A stretch of 64,000 nt of DNA from Trichosphaerium sp. ATCC 40318 (Eukaryota; Protista; Tubulinea). Where the stretch lies: positions 244,124 to 308,123 of the forward strand of contig JALMLS010000334.1 of the NCBI GenBank assembly GCA_038496445.1, read 5' to 3'. Shown piece after piece: positions 27,901 through 43,508 of this stretch (positions are counted from its first letter, which is position 1; every line of letters starts with the position of its first letter). Below the pieces are notes generated by a model, which was not told where the DNA came from, ran no database searches, and was given only the letters and a program-made list of their open reading frames with translations. Made by a program: the position numbers and the translations under genes.

Positions 27901-30873
27901 ACCTCCGCAACCTTTCAATAGAATTGAATTCAGAATCCCTATTGGTAATGTTGATGACGATGAGCTATTAGGCATCCAGGCAAGGGTATTCAATGCAGAA
28001 GGTGCACTTGTCGATCTCGGCACTAAACTTCGTGGTTTCGCGCCTGTGGATTCGGTCACAGTTCCATTCGTCCAAGAATCTCTTACAGAATACGCACAAG
28101 CAGCGGTGATTAGTGGTATGAAAACAAATATCTACAAATGACTTTTTTTGACAAATACATTAAAGGTGACTCTTCCACTTTATTATCATCGGTCACACTT
28201 AGATCAGATGCATTAAATAACTTGAATGTACCTGCCCTCGCTTTCCAGACTTTGGCTGATTTTGCTTCCATTGACATCTCCACACACCAAAGTACATCTC
28301 TTCTCAAATTAATGATAAAAAAAAAATCACGTGCTAACTCGTATTAAAGTACTACGCCAGTGGTCATCCGACATGTTGATGGATCTTGCAGACCACCTTG
28401 CCGTCAACCCACCAGATAGTATCAAAGCACTTGCTGCCCTGTCAGAGTCAGACTCAATGGGTCAATTCAATGATATTGTGTTTTCTAGCTTTGGAAATGT
28501 TCTAGGCGCTACATCAATACCTTCAGAATCTGTTCAACTTGGGTAATGCATCATAGCCTGCAAAATTGCAAATAATAAGCTCGATACTAATACTTTTTTT
28601 TAGTATTGACGCTGTCCTTAAAAATCTTGTTATTGGTCAAACAGCTAACTGCCTATCCTCTTCAACCAGTCCCCAGCCTCTTATCCATCCCAACCTAAAT
28701 GCTACAATCATTGAAAGTAAGTGATAATACTTCATGAGGGGCATCATCACTAACAGTCAACCACAGCACCTGTTCCTATCACAACGCCAAACTATGAGGA
28801 ATCATTTGGTGACTTGACCATTACTATCCCTCAGGCCGTATTTGATACATTTGTACCAGAACATGAGGTCGTGTGGATTGCTGGTTTAGTATACACGTCT
28901 TCTCCCTTCCCAGCGGCCAATGTGAGGCAGTTGGCAAACCAAGTTTCAATCTCATTGTATGACAACAATGGTAACAATCTAGCCGTAACAGACGCACCTG
29001 AAAACATTCTTTTCGATTTCGGCGTTTCAGCAGATCAAATGCTTGGAGCAGATGAAGAAAGTACGTACCAATAAGCCTTTCAACTTTTTACACGTGCTGA
29101 CCTGCTTGCAAAAAGTTAAATGTCAGTTTTACGATCGTACTACGATGTTGTGGGCAGAAGATGGATGCACGACAGAAGAAAGAAACGGCAACATCATCTG
29201 TGCATGTAATCACCTGACAGAGATTGGCGTAAATGCAGTGTCACCACCTGTACCTATGCCTCCAACCATCCCACCAACATTGGGACCAACTGATACACCA
29301 ACTGAGGCTGTTCCAACCGAGCCATCTGCACCAACTGTGCAACCAACTGCTAACGCGACTATGATCCCTGTACGTCCTTTGTCATTTTGATTATCCAAAA
29401 AAGAGGAATACTGATAGCGTCGGATAGGAAGAGGGTGACGATACATCAACTGTTGAAATAATAGCACTGATACTATTGGGTATTATGTGTCTGTTGATAT
29501 TCATCATTCTCATTGGGTTGATATTCCTATACTGCAAGGTGAGACGCTTCAAGAAGCGCACCGCCAAACCTATCGACGACCATACTCAGGAGAGCAATAC
29601 TCTTTTGGGAGTAAAACAACAACAGCCAACTGTACAAGAGGATGGTCCTATAAAAATTGCCCAATCCAGCGACTCGCGCATCGTCAAACCTGTATTTAAC
29701 ACCAACGACGAATCCTCGACTGATGACCAATCGTTTACACGCACTAGTTCTCAATCTCAGTCTAGACGTACGCCTTGGACAACAATAATATTTTCTCATT
29801 TTCTGTTGCAGCATCTGACTCGTACCGCACAACCACATCCGACGAAGACGTATCGCAATATTCAGAGTCGTACCCTCGCTCCTCGTCTGACTTTTCAGAC
29901 TTTGTTGAAAGCGACAGCTCTCCATCATGGTCGCGTACTTCCGGTATTGAATCGGGCGGCAAACCAAGAACGAGGTACTCGGACGAATCAGAGGCATACT
30001 TTACGCCTGGTTTCGATGGATCAAGGTACTGGTTTTTGAAAACAAATGTTCGAAACAATCACAATTAATCTTGTTTTAGTGAGGGTAGCTACACCTTGTC
30101 TGGCATGTCTGGACTATCATTCAGTAGTCAATCCAACCCTACATCTTCTTCAGCCATTGACAGTATGGTCGATCACACAGCTGACTATTTTCCAGACGAT
30201 GGTAAGTAACCGTTACATCAATTTTGGATTGTTAGTTTTTATGTTATTCGTATTCTCATTTATTTCCACTTACGCTTAAATAGTTGAGAGTGGCTCTTCT
30301 GCGGCACGTTTGGGTGCAAATGCATCTAAGGCGCGTGGAGACACAAAGGGATCCACCGACGATAACCCATTCCAAACCAAATACAGAAAGGAAGGTGAAC
30401 CACTTGCATCATCTTCTACGTCGCGAAAACAGTTCGCTGATGGGCTACCAAACGAAAAGGATGAAAGAAGCACTGATGATGATTCCATGTCGGATACCGT
30501 ATCGTCATCCAGGTCACCACAAAGCGACAGCATGAGCCGCGGGGAAAGCAGTGAGTTCAGTGACAGCTCGATTGATGAGATATCGTCTTTCACAAGCTCC
30601 GGCGGAGAAAGACCTCAAGTCCCTGCAACTATCGTTACTCCACCACCTGGTACGCGGTTCATTTTATCAAGGAATCTAAAAACTAACTGTATTCGAAAAG
30701 GGGACAACAGCGACTACGACTCGTACACAGACAGCGGTACTTCATCTGATCAAGTATCATCAGAGGATCTTGAAGAATACTCAACCGATAATTCAGAGTC
30801 TCCTTCGGGGAGTTACAGTAATAGCACAAACGACAGACAAACAGCTTCGGATGAATACTCCTACTCGGATTGA
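24907..30873 (+). CDS. Cell-surface protein: N-terminal hydrophobic signal, 3 PSI repeats, REJ-like beta-rich region, GAIN/GPS, Pro/Thr stalk, single TM, Ser/Asp-rich tail
   Basis: PSI-like CAECTQSNECGWC, CSSCVERSYCGWC and CSECVSTGCVW; REJ-like FEWTCRS and FQWSV; GPS CQFYD..WAEDGC..CACNHLTEIG; TM IALILLGIMCLLIFIILIGLIFLYC followed by KVRRFKKR; stop at 30873. Confidence 0.78.
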
Positions 30874-31019
30874 TAGATTGTACAGTTAGTATTTATTTGT
30901 GCCACTCAGAAACAAGTTTTTCAATAAATAAATTTAATCTGACTGGCCATCACGTGTGGGGAAAAAGAAAAAAAAGGCATGGCATTTGTTGTTTAAATTT
31001 TTGTATTTAATTCTTCTTT

Positions 31020-33177
31020 CTACAAATTTCGCTTCTTTTTAAACGAAGGCGGGAAGGAATAAGCACTCCCTACTTGAAAACAAACACATGTAGTGTGATC
31101 CAGTTTACCAGGAAACTTTGTGTAATCAGATGGCAGCCGTTGGTTAGGATTGGCTGAAATACATTAGCACGTTTTAAAAAAAAGGTTGTCATGGTACCTT
31201 GCATCCACACACGTGAGCTGTCCGTAGTTGTATGTGAATAATCTAATATCCGAGTTACCATCTCGTGTGCGTTTGGTGTTGCACCCTACAACTGTTTGAG
31301 ATTTGGTCGACTATGTAAAGTGTAAGGCGGACCTTGGGCAGAACAATGTCATGGAAAAGCGTTGTCATAAAGACAGCCTTCTTCTCTTTGCTTCCTGGCT
31401 CATTCTCGGCCTCTTTCCATGTCATATCACCCGCCATACCTAAATCCTATCCAAATGTAAGTAGTGTGCATCGTAGGGACTACGACCTACCTCGGGTGTA
31501 AAGCCTAGAGTTTGAGGATCCAAATTGTCATGAACACCGTCTGACATTAAAAAAATAAAATCACCCTCGTCGCACTCTGTTTCAAAAAATAAAACATTCC
31601 TTAAATCTGCTTTGCCATTCTTATACGGGCCTATACGTCCCCCACAATCACGCGCATTGGTAAAGTTCTATCCAAGAGTGAGACAATAATGTAAAAGGAT
31701 CAAGCGTGGCGTACTTGTCGGTTGTTCTGTGTGATATCCACTACTACATTCTTGGCAGTCGCGTAATGGTATACTTTACAGTCACCAATGCTAATGCAAT
31801 GGAAAATCCACTCATGATTTGCTTGGCGAACTAAGTAGCCACCTACTAATGTTGTAGTGCCACATCTAAAGTACTCCTAGTCTTGGATTTGAACATGACA
31901 ATAATAACAAAAAAACCTGCGCTTACGCCTGGATGCTGTGCCAAGATGGCGTGATGCGCCAATGACAATCCGTCCAATAGAAAACCTGCAGCCCCACGCG
32001 TTGTTTTGAAGTCTCTAATTACCTCTAGGGTACGACGTGAGTATACTAACTTAATGTATGCGGTTGGCGAAGGGTAAAATGTGAACAAAGACAAATGGCA
32101 CTTACTTCCAAGGTGATTCAAAAACACTCGCTTGGCTAACATGGCTGCATCTCTAGGAGCATTGCCCCAGCTGCACCCATCGGCCACCGCCACTAATACA
32201 ATACCATTTTGATAAACCTCGAGTGAATACGAATCTGCAATTGGATCTCCCTTGTGTTCACATGAATAATCGCTTCAACTTGGGGTTTTTTTTTTATTCC
32301 TACGTACTTCTCTCGTTGGTTTGCCATGATACTGAGGATATGTCGATATAGTTTTGCCAAAGTACTTTCCTGCAAGCCCTTCAGGAGCCTAAAGTACATT
32401 TTTAAGACGAAATTAGGTGTTTGAAAGCCACGCGGATTGGTATCACGTGCGTTTGTCGTGACAGGTATAAACTACTTACTTCTTTGACGGGATCTTGAGG
32501 GCCTTCAATTGTAAAACCCTGTAGCTTCGATAGGCTACTCCCAATACTCAAGCGTCTATCTGGACGGCAGAAAATCAATGAGTGGCGCATTTCCTCCGAA
32601 AATATACTTGGTTCTAAGCACACAAAATGTTAACATTTTTTACTGCATAGAAGCCACGCTGGGCAACGCAACGAGATCACTTTCGTTGACACTCGCAAAT
32701 GACAAACCTACAAAGCAAATTCAGATTTTTTTTAATACCTTTTATTAACGTCGGAGCGATCTTCTCGTCTTTGGTCCGACCCAAAAACCGCGAATTGAAC
32801 GTCTCTGCTTGTATGTCCGCCTCACGGACGTGCACACATTCGTCATCATCATCTAGCCACGTTTCTCTTCGCTCTTCTCCCTTTCGCTTTATCCCCTTGT
32901 ATAATTTATTCCTGAGCCTGTCTAACTCTTTCTTTTTGTCTTGAAGACTCTCTTTGAGCTCTATATCAAGTTTGCGGCACTCTTGAACTTTGGCCTGTAA
33001 TTCCTTCAACTTTGCTTCATTCTGAGCTCTCTTATCGTCCAGACGCTTAACCGTTACTTCCAAAGTAGCAATATGATCGTTTAGAGTAGCTAAATCAGTA
33101 CTATCATTACTGGCTCCTAATCGCACTATTTTTCGTTTGTGTGGTCTCCCAGAAGGACTCTTCGCCCGAAAAGCCAT
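31020..33177 (-). CDS. PP2C-like domain protein (CG9801-like family) with N-terminal coiled coil
   Basis: ISTYPQY, EGDPIADSY, AVADGCSWG, ISIGDCKVY, ARDCGGRIGP, MSDGVHDNLDP, PGKLDHTTCV; heptad-rich N-terminus. Confidence 0.82.
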
Positions 33178-33411
33178 AGTATTGCATGCCACAAACCAAA
33201 CCGTTACACTCTCTAAATTTGTAAATTACCTGCTGAATAGTAGAGCTCACTGACAGTAGGTAATGGATGCCTCGATAAATAGGTCGCGCACGTTCTTTGG
33301 ATTTTTGTTTACTAGCAATAAATTAATATTGCCAAACACGCTTTTGGTGTAAAAGCCTGTCAAAAAAACAAAGTGGCTTGCAAAAACTGATACATCAACC
33401 TTGTAGATCTA

Positions 33412-34239
33412 TTACTTTTTTACATCATCCCAGCTGCTGTAAATAGCTAATTTGGGTTTGTCTTTACTGCGCAACGAGAGGAGCTTGCTTTCAAAATCAT
33501 CAGGCATTAGTTTGTTCGCTGTCTGTATAACCACAGCGTCAACTTGATTAATTGTGATAACTGGAAGACCAATCTGTGCTTGCAATGCGTTCAATTTTGA
33601 CATGGTGCGCTTGAACACCTCAAATGCATCCTCTTCTGCAACTCTAGCAGCCTCGTATAGGTGGTGTGTCACTGTACCGTCGATAATGCCACCAATTTCA
33701 ACTTGAAGGAATGGTGTAACCACGTCTTCAGCGCCTACATTTCCACCCCGTACAAACCCTTTTAGAGTGTCCCTAAAGATCTCTTTAGAGCAGGCAAGGG
33801 ATTGTGTTTTAAGTACGTACTGCAGCGATACAAGAGGGACTTTGACAGCCAATCCGATGACTTTAAACGACGCTTGAGAGAATTGATCTGCTACGTGCAT
33901 ACTCAAGCTTACTGACACTTCCAAAATACAACGCTCTACGTCAGCAAGGGAAGGTTCTGGGCGTCCACTGGATTGCGCAAAACTCTTTGCTGCTTGTTCT
34001 GGTGATAAACCTTCGCTATGTGATTATGAGAACGCGCTGTGGCGAAATAGAGTACGTACTGCGTCACCAGTGTCGCTATTGTACAACGTTCCTCAATTGT
34101 GTAGATTTCTGCCTTGCCTCCATCTTTTGGAGCTCCTTGTGGCAAATGAGGCGCAATAACAAAAAAAAATGTTACTTTGAGAAATAATACCTTGGGAAGA
34201 TTCTCCACCCTTCTTGCTTTCTTCTGTGTTCGTTGCCAT
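33412..34239 (-). CDS. Hypothetical protein (about 245 aa, 2 introns)
   Basis: MATNTEESKKGGESSQ splices via GT-AG introns into the long 33412-33924 ORF; no recognised motif. Confidence 0.7.
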
Positions 34240-34346
34240 GCTGTTTGCCGCACAAAAACGCAAAAGAAGTTAAGCCAAGGTGCAAAAAAAAACTGTAAAA
34301 ATGGATTTACAAACCCACGTGATCACCGGCAAGTTATACACTAATT

Positions 34347-35912
34347 TTACTCCAAGCGTAACTTTGGGTTCTGTTTTACATCATAATACAATGGCAGGAG
34401 TAGTATGTTTGTGAGAAAGGACGCAAATGTTACAATAGCTCCAAATGCCGGCCACCCAAATTGGGTAACAATGTAAGACACTGGATAGCCAGCTAGCAGC
34501 GTACCAATAGATCCCATAAAGCCAACATAACCTCCAGCAGCACCGCTAGATCGAGGTGCAACAGTTTCGCGCATGGTTAATCCCAGCAAAGTGTGTGGTC
34601 CGTTTACAAACGCGCCCAGCAGAAAAAATATGATGGCGAAGAAAAGATTGGAGCGTTGAGGGAAGTGGAATAGCCACACAGCTACGTAAGAAACTGAGAA
34701 TGTACGTAGAGATTAATGAGTTGCACGCACCTGATATCCCCGCCAATAACTGGTAGATAACGTTAGGTTGCCCTCTACCTCCAGAAAAAACCTTTTACTA
34801 TGGTTATTATCATCATACAAAAATAGGGCTGGTCGTACAACATCGGAAACTACACCAACACTTAAACTGCCAACAATACCTCCTATACCATAGTAAGCAA
34901 CAATCCTCCCGGCTTCTATGACAGTAATGCCATGCGTTTCAACGAGATACAAGAGGCTCCAATCTAGAAATGAAGCGCTCATAATGTACTGAAAGATTGT
35001 TGCAACGCCAAGTAATTGAGCGCGTGGGTTATATATAACATCCTCCAGTAGTCTTGGTGATTCACTTTGTTGTACAACTTGAGTAGTAGTAACTGATTCT
35101 ACTTTGTTGTTAAGTACACCTGTTGCCAAAAGGTATTTAGAAATAATCGCACCTAAACTAGGAGGAGCGGATTCCATGAAAGCTAAGACAAGAATAGATA
35201 TCAACATTGAAGCGCCACCAGTCCAGTAAAATAAGGTATGCCATCCATATTCTTCAGCAATGAGTGGCCCAACGAAACCGAGGAGTGAAGTGGTCGCCGT
35301 CTATGAAGGACGTCATGAGCTTGTAATGACAACATGAAAATGACGATAGTGTAATCACGTGCATGAGAAATGGAGACAAGAGACCAAATAGTACCCAGTT
35401 TTGGTCCAGAAAACCAAGAAAGTAGAGCCTTGGAGACACACGGCCAACCGAAGCCCTTTATGAGTCAATTACGAACATATAACTGAAAACTGTTGTACGC
35501 ACTTGAACAAGGCCATTGACCATCCAAAATAGGATAAATGAGTCCGTAGTGGCGATACAGAAGGTTATAAACGCGGATATAAAGATACTTGCAAAAAATA
35601 GGAGTCTACGAGAATTATACTCTGCAATATAAGTCACATTCATACCTAGGCGAGAATCTATCCGTCAAAATGCCTCCAGCAAATTTGCCGATTGCATACC
35701 CTACATCTAGGTAAACGCCACGTAGAACGGAGTCACAAATTCTCACCCAAACTAAACAGACTACTCCACAACCCGAAATCTTTCTTTGTAAACTGTGTAA
35801 GATAAGGTTGAGCGTACACTAAATGTTTTCGTGTCAATACAATGCCGCCATAGCCAACTATGCACAGTATAAGTATTTTGGCCTCCGCCCAGGCTCTATT
35901 ACTGGCTTTCAT
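34347..35912 (-). CDS. MFS organophosphate:Pi antiporter (GlpT/UhpC/SLC37-like)
   Basis: VGYGGIVLTRK, GYAIGKFAGGILTDRFSPR, WMVNGLVQG.GWP, FLDWSLLYLVETHG, GSLSVGVVSD, FVNGPHTLLG, GAAGGYVGFMG. Confidence 0.9.
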
Positions 35913-36013
35913 GAATGATAATTTGAATCAAACTGCAATTGACTTCGCTGACATCTGCATTTGACATTTTTTTTGGCGCGAACCTATCCATCAGCACTTA
36001 TAAATAAGCAACA

Positions 36014-37413
36014 ATGTCAGGTGACGATAATGCTCCATGGGTGGAAAAGTACCGACCACAGAACATGAATGAACTTGTTTCGCAAGGAGACATCTTGAAC
36101 ACACGTATGAAAGCGCTGTGATGACTTACACTAACGTTTATAGTTAATAAACTCCTTTCAACAAACAAGCTTCCACACTTGCTTTTCTATGGCCCGCCAG
36201 GAACAGGTAAGACATCCACAATATTAGCGGTCGCCAAAAAGATCCTTGGGCCAAAATACAAATCTCTCGTGCTAGAGGTACAAAGAATACCTAATTTACA
36301 CTGAACGCGAGTAGCTCAACGCGTCGGACAATAGAAGTATTAGCACAGTGCGTGACGAAATCAAAACCTATGCTTCAACGAAATCGTTCATGTCCAACGC
36401 TCTAAAACTCGTTATACTCGATGAAGCCGATCAAATGACTAAAGACGCTCAAGTACATAACGAAATTAGTTAACTAAATTGGACGTGTCATTCGGCTGAC
36501 ATGTTGAGATAGGCTGGTCTAAGACGTGTCATTGAAAAGTACACCAAGACTACACGATTTTGCCTGATATGCAACCACATTAACAAACTATCACCGGCCT
36601 TGCAGGTACAATCTACCTCACAAGAAAAAGTAATTGTTTAGAAAATTTCTGACATTTCACGATAGAGTCGTTGCACCCGTTTTCGGTTTGGACCGTTGAA
36701 GCAAGATGACTTGGACGGTAGAATCCGATTCATCGCTGATCAAGAAGGGTACAGAACCAAACATTGCGATAAATTGTTCACTCTTTGATCATACAGGGTA
36801 AATCTAGATGCTAGTGGCATGACTGCCATAAAAGCGCTGGCTAACGGCGACATGCGAAAATGTTTAAACATCTTGCAGGTACACACTTTATCCTTGGCCC
36901 CGTTTTAACCGAATGTAGTCAACACACATGGCATTTGGCCAAGTAAACGAAGAAAATGTGTACACTTGCACTGGCAATCCACTCCCAAGCGACGTTAGGA
37001 TCATACTGGAATTCATGCTCAACAAAGGATTTAAAGAAGCATTCGAAGGTAATCATCTCTTTCATGATTTGAATTACACCTGTTTTCTTGCGTTAACAAT
37101 CTTCTTAGCTGTAATGGAATTATCTACAAACAAAGGATTAGCTCTCCAAGACATCACAAGAGTGCGTGAAATAGACATTTGTGGATTTGGGATTGACTAA
37201 TCACACAAACAGGAGATTCACCGATTCGTAATGTTTATGCCTACACTCCCTCCCAACGCTCTCGTAGACATATTGAGTGGCATGGCAGACGTAGAATACC
37301 GCCTAGCAGCAGGAGGATCGGAAAAAGTGCAATTGGCGTCATTGATTGCACATTTTCAGAAATCTCGACCGCTAATAAAACGCGCGGAGGCCAGAAAAGC
37401 GCAAGCAAAGTGA
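36014..37413 (+). CDS. RFC5: Replication factor C small subunit (human RFC5 / yeast Rfc3)
   Basis: [83 protein letters not shown]. Confidence 0.95.
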
Positions 37414-37590
37414 ATTGTATAATAAAGGTGTCACTTAGTCATGTAATAGTGGAATCGAGAATTTTCTTGCCGAAAAGTGTCGTTTTTCTCTTCATTTCTT
37501 ATTTTCTCTCCATTGTCCGGGTACACGCAACACCAGACGATTTTCGCATCACAAACGGCACGATAACCTGTTTTACACATTATACACCCT

Positions 37591-38404
37591 ATGTCAAAGC
37601 CGTGGAGAGTAAACAGGCTCATGCAGTCAAGAACGCACGTATTACATGCTCTAACATGATATTACTAAATTACATGGTATTGATATTGTTTTTTTTACTA
37701 GTGGACGTGATAAGGTCTACAAAACAGTACAATACGCTCTCAAAATATTCATTCTCACAACGCAAAATGACAGCAATCTCACCAGTCTTACGTACAAACG
37801 TTTAAATACGATTGTAAAGCACCTGAGTCTTTCTCGGTTGGTATTTAGGCACGTTTTACGTGCTTCTGTTAAAAACTGACAGCCAAAGCCCTGCAGGTTA
37901 GGCATGAGTCTCACTGACGCCGAGCGCATAACACGTGCACTTCAAGAGCGAGACCCTTTTACAAATATTGCTTCAATTATTGAGGACATGACAGCTTTTG
38001 CCAGCAATTACTTTGACTCGTTGCATTGGGTGTATTCCTTGTGCAATTGGAATGACAAAAGAATAGATTTTTGGTGTGACATTACATGGTTTATTGGTAC
38101 CTCCCTTTGTCCCAGCAATCTATCGTTTGCAAAACTTTTCTAACAATTAGTAGGCATATTGTTTGTGCTCACGCGTAAAATACAAGCTCTTGTGGAGACA
38201 ATGACAGCCACGCGCGATGACATCGACAAGGCACAATTACAGAAAAAACAAAGACTGTTGCTGTTGACATCCTTCAAATGTCTTTGTGATGCCTTGCACG
38301 CCCTATCCACGTTTGAGTGCGTGGGCAAGCACAAACTTGCTGTATACATAGCGGCATTTTTCTCAGCTTCTATTGGATTATACTCTAAATGGAGAGTTTT
38401 GTAA
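37591..38404 (+). CDS. PEX11: Peroxisomal biogenesis factor 11 family protein
   Basis: Spliced sequence reads MQSRTGRDKVYKTVQYALK..KHLSLSRLVFRLG..KCLCDALHAL..FSASIGLYSKW; requires two GC-AG introns. Confidence 0.85.
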
Positions 38405-38540
38405 AATTAATACGTGACACTTATGCAAAAAAAATTTGTTTCCTCCCGTTAAGTGAGCTACCCTTTTTTTAACGCGACCTCCTATTTCGTGTACGCAACT
38501 GTATGAGCTAGAACCCAACATTGGCACACCAACGCACGTA

Positions 38541-40760
<2,220 letters not shown>

Positions 40761-40987
40761 TTTTTCGCAAATATATGTAAATAGTAAGTGTAAAGTAACA
40801 ATCCTCTTCAAAGTAAAAGTCTGCCTGTGCCGTTTATTGTTGTGGACTTAGAAACATTGATCAATACCAATATTTTTATTATTGTAATTTGCGGTTTTTA
40901 TGTAGTTGCAAATTTCTAGACAACTATTTTACCAACTTTGACTTCTCTCTTTTGCGTCTTGAACTCTTTAGCCATAGAACTGTATTG

Positions 40988-43508
40988 ATGCTACTGCGGC
41001 TCTCTAGTACTGTACCTTCACGACAGGTTAGGCTACAAAAGCCTGTGCGCGCTCGAACAAAATTACAAGTGAGGTGTATTGCGAATAGAAGCACGAAATA
41101 CGCTGCCCCAAATGATAGAGACGCTAAGGACGACTACGCCACCGCTGAACATTGGCAATTAGCAGTACCAACGGCAAAAATCAGTGCACGAAAGCCTGTA
41201 GCGCCCGATTTTGAGTCTAGGTACTTTTTTTGCGTTTTACTTTTTGCTGGTTCGCAACAGCGCTAACACTGATTGAGGTATCACTTGCCTGTTATTGGTA
41301 GATACCTCTACAAGAGAATGAAAAAAATAAAACAAGAACGAGGAGAATGGAACACAGGGAATCGCAATAGAGAGTACGCAACAATGGCTCACCAGTTACG
41401 CATATTAATTGACATTCGCGCAGACAGCCGCTGTGCAACATGAAAACTCAGCAAAAAGCGTGGTATAAGCGTGACGTGCCAAAAAACTACACAGAAGAGG
41501 AGATCCAAGCGACAGAGAAGTCAGTACGTACAAGTTGACACCTTTTTTTTTTGAAATTTTTTCCAAAATGACAAACTTGCACTTTAGGTTATTCGTATGC
41601 CTGTTGGTCAAGCGGATCCACACGTTTTGATGGAACTGATTCAAATGCATCTTACAAGAGATAACTTTCAAGGTGCTTTGGCTGCGTACAGGCGTTTGGA
41701 AGCAGAAAAGCCTGAATACAAATCACCAAAGATTTCAACACAACTTCTGATGCACGCGTCATTGGCCAACGCCTCACAAGATATGATACTCCAACTTTTT
41801 GCGTACGTTTAAACACTATTTTGGCACCTCTTTGTCGAATACAACAAATTAATAAGCGACCCTTTTGTTACGATCTATCATCCCTTCTAACTGCCACTGT
41901 AAAGCGAATTGCGTGCTGCCAGAACAGGAAAAACACACTGGACTGAGCTGACTTATAACATTGTATTTATTGCCCTGTCAGCCTTGGGCCGTGTACGCGA
42001 ATGCTTGGATACATACGAGACAATGATGCGTCTTGATGGTCACTTGCCGACTGCATTACACTTGGAGAATATTGTTCGTGCTGCGAGCGTAGACGGAGAC
42101 ATACGATACTTCCATCGCTTTTTCAACCGTTTGCTTTACAAGGTGCGTTACAGCTTATCCAAAAGGGGTTTTTTTCATTTTTTCACATGTGAATCACGTG
42201 TCGTGTCTAAATTGTTGTATTATTAGGGCATGAAGCCTCCTACTGCTGTGTCTCGCAAATTTATATCAATGCTAGTCACGAACAAGCGCGAATACATGTG
42301 GGGTAAACCAATCAAAGTAAATGATGTCATAGAGTCGGTACGCATACTTTTTTTTTTGTTTGTTTTAATTTCTTGTTCGATTTGTTATTTTGTTGGAACA
42401 AGAGGATGGGTGATTAACCGCATACTATAGGTAAAAATATGTCTGTCGTACCACAATTGGCAAAAGGCTTGGGATTTGTACCTCAATTGCAAACCGAACG
42501 GCCTGACCCCAACACCACGCCTATATGAGCAGTTCTTTCAAGGTACCCTTCACTCAAATATTGTTATTCCTATTTTTTATTATTATTTTACCGCCTGTAT
42601 CTGACATAAATAGCCGCTGCGGCTGATGGCCATTTCCGCGAAGAAGCGAGAACTTTTATTAAAAGGTTTAAACCTTATCACCGCAATTTACCTGGCGCTG
42701 CAGCTACCAAATCGGAAGCTTTCATAACTAAAATCATTACACATTTGGGCGATAAAAAGGAGCTTGCTTTACCTGCAGTTGAGGTACTTGTGGTTGTTTG
42801 TGTTTTTAAACGTGGGCGCCAACTGGCTTACCCCGTTGCTGTGTCTTTCAGTATACTTACAGTCGTATGTAGCCAAGCAAGGAGCCTGTACAAACGGTGA
42901 ATCGAAGAGAACAAAAGAAGCGTCTCGGTCTTCGCGGGCGTGGCGATTTCCGTTACGAGTCCCGATTCAAGTATTCCCACGATGATCTATTCGAGTGGGT
43001 GCCTGAGTTTGGCGAAAAGACACGCCACTTGTCGATCCACTATCCACACATCGTCGAGGCTCCTGAGGACATACTGCACACCACTCAACGAGACGAACCG
43101 TGGGAGATGTACAGACCAGACAAGCGCCACGTCGAAGAGGGCTATGCTGCCTGGTTCAAAGAGAGACAGGACAGGGAGGCCATAGAAGCTCTAGAGCTCA
43201 AGGAACAAGAAGGCCAAGCATTGGAGGACATGCACAAACGACTAATACAAGAGAAGGAAGCGGGAGAAGATCCTGTACCACTTACAAAAGCAGAAAAGGA
43301 CGAATTGAAAGAGTACTATCAAAGGTTAGAAAATAGCAAACAAGTAGAGCAAGATTGGATCAAGTACAAAGAGCTCATGGCCCGAGAAAATCAAAGCGTA
43401 GAGGTAGAGCGAGAGGACGAACCTGCAGAACAAGAACAAGAACAACCTGCTGAACATGAACAAAGTGATGGCGCCAAAGAGGACAGTAATGAAGATAAAC
43501 AAGATTAA
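40988..43508 (+). CDS. Pentatricopeptide-repeat protein, probably mitochondrial
   Basis: Arg/Ser-rich, acid-free N-terminus (MLLRLSSTVPSRQVRL); PPR-like TELTYNIVFIALSALGRVRECLDTYETMMRLDGHLP and KAWDLYLNCKPNGLTPTPRLY; acidic C-terminus. Confidence 0.72.

Noticed and set aside
34347-35912. GlpT/UhpC-like transporter and bacterial-type AsnRS as horizontal transfers
   Set aside because: Both families are widespread in eukaryotes (SLC37A4, NARS2), and these genes have host-type introns; no evidence without a phylogeny.
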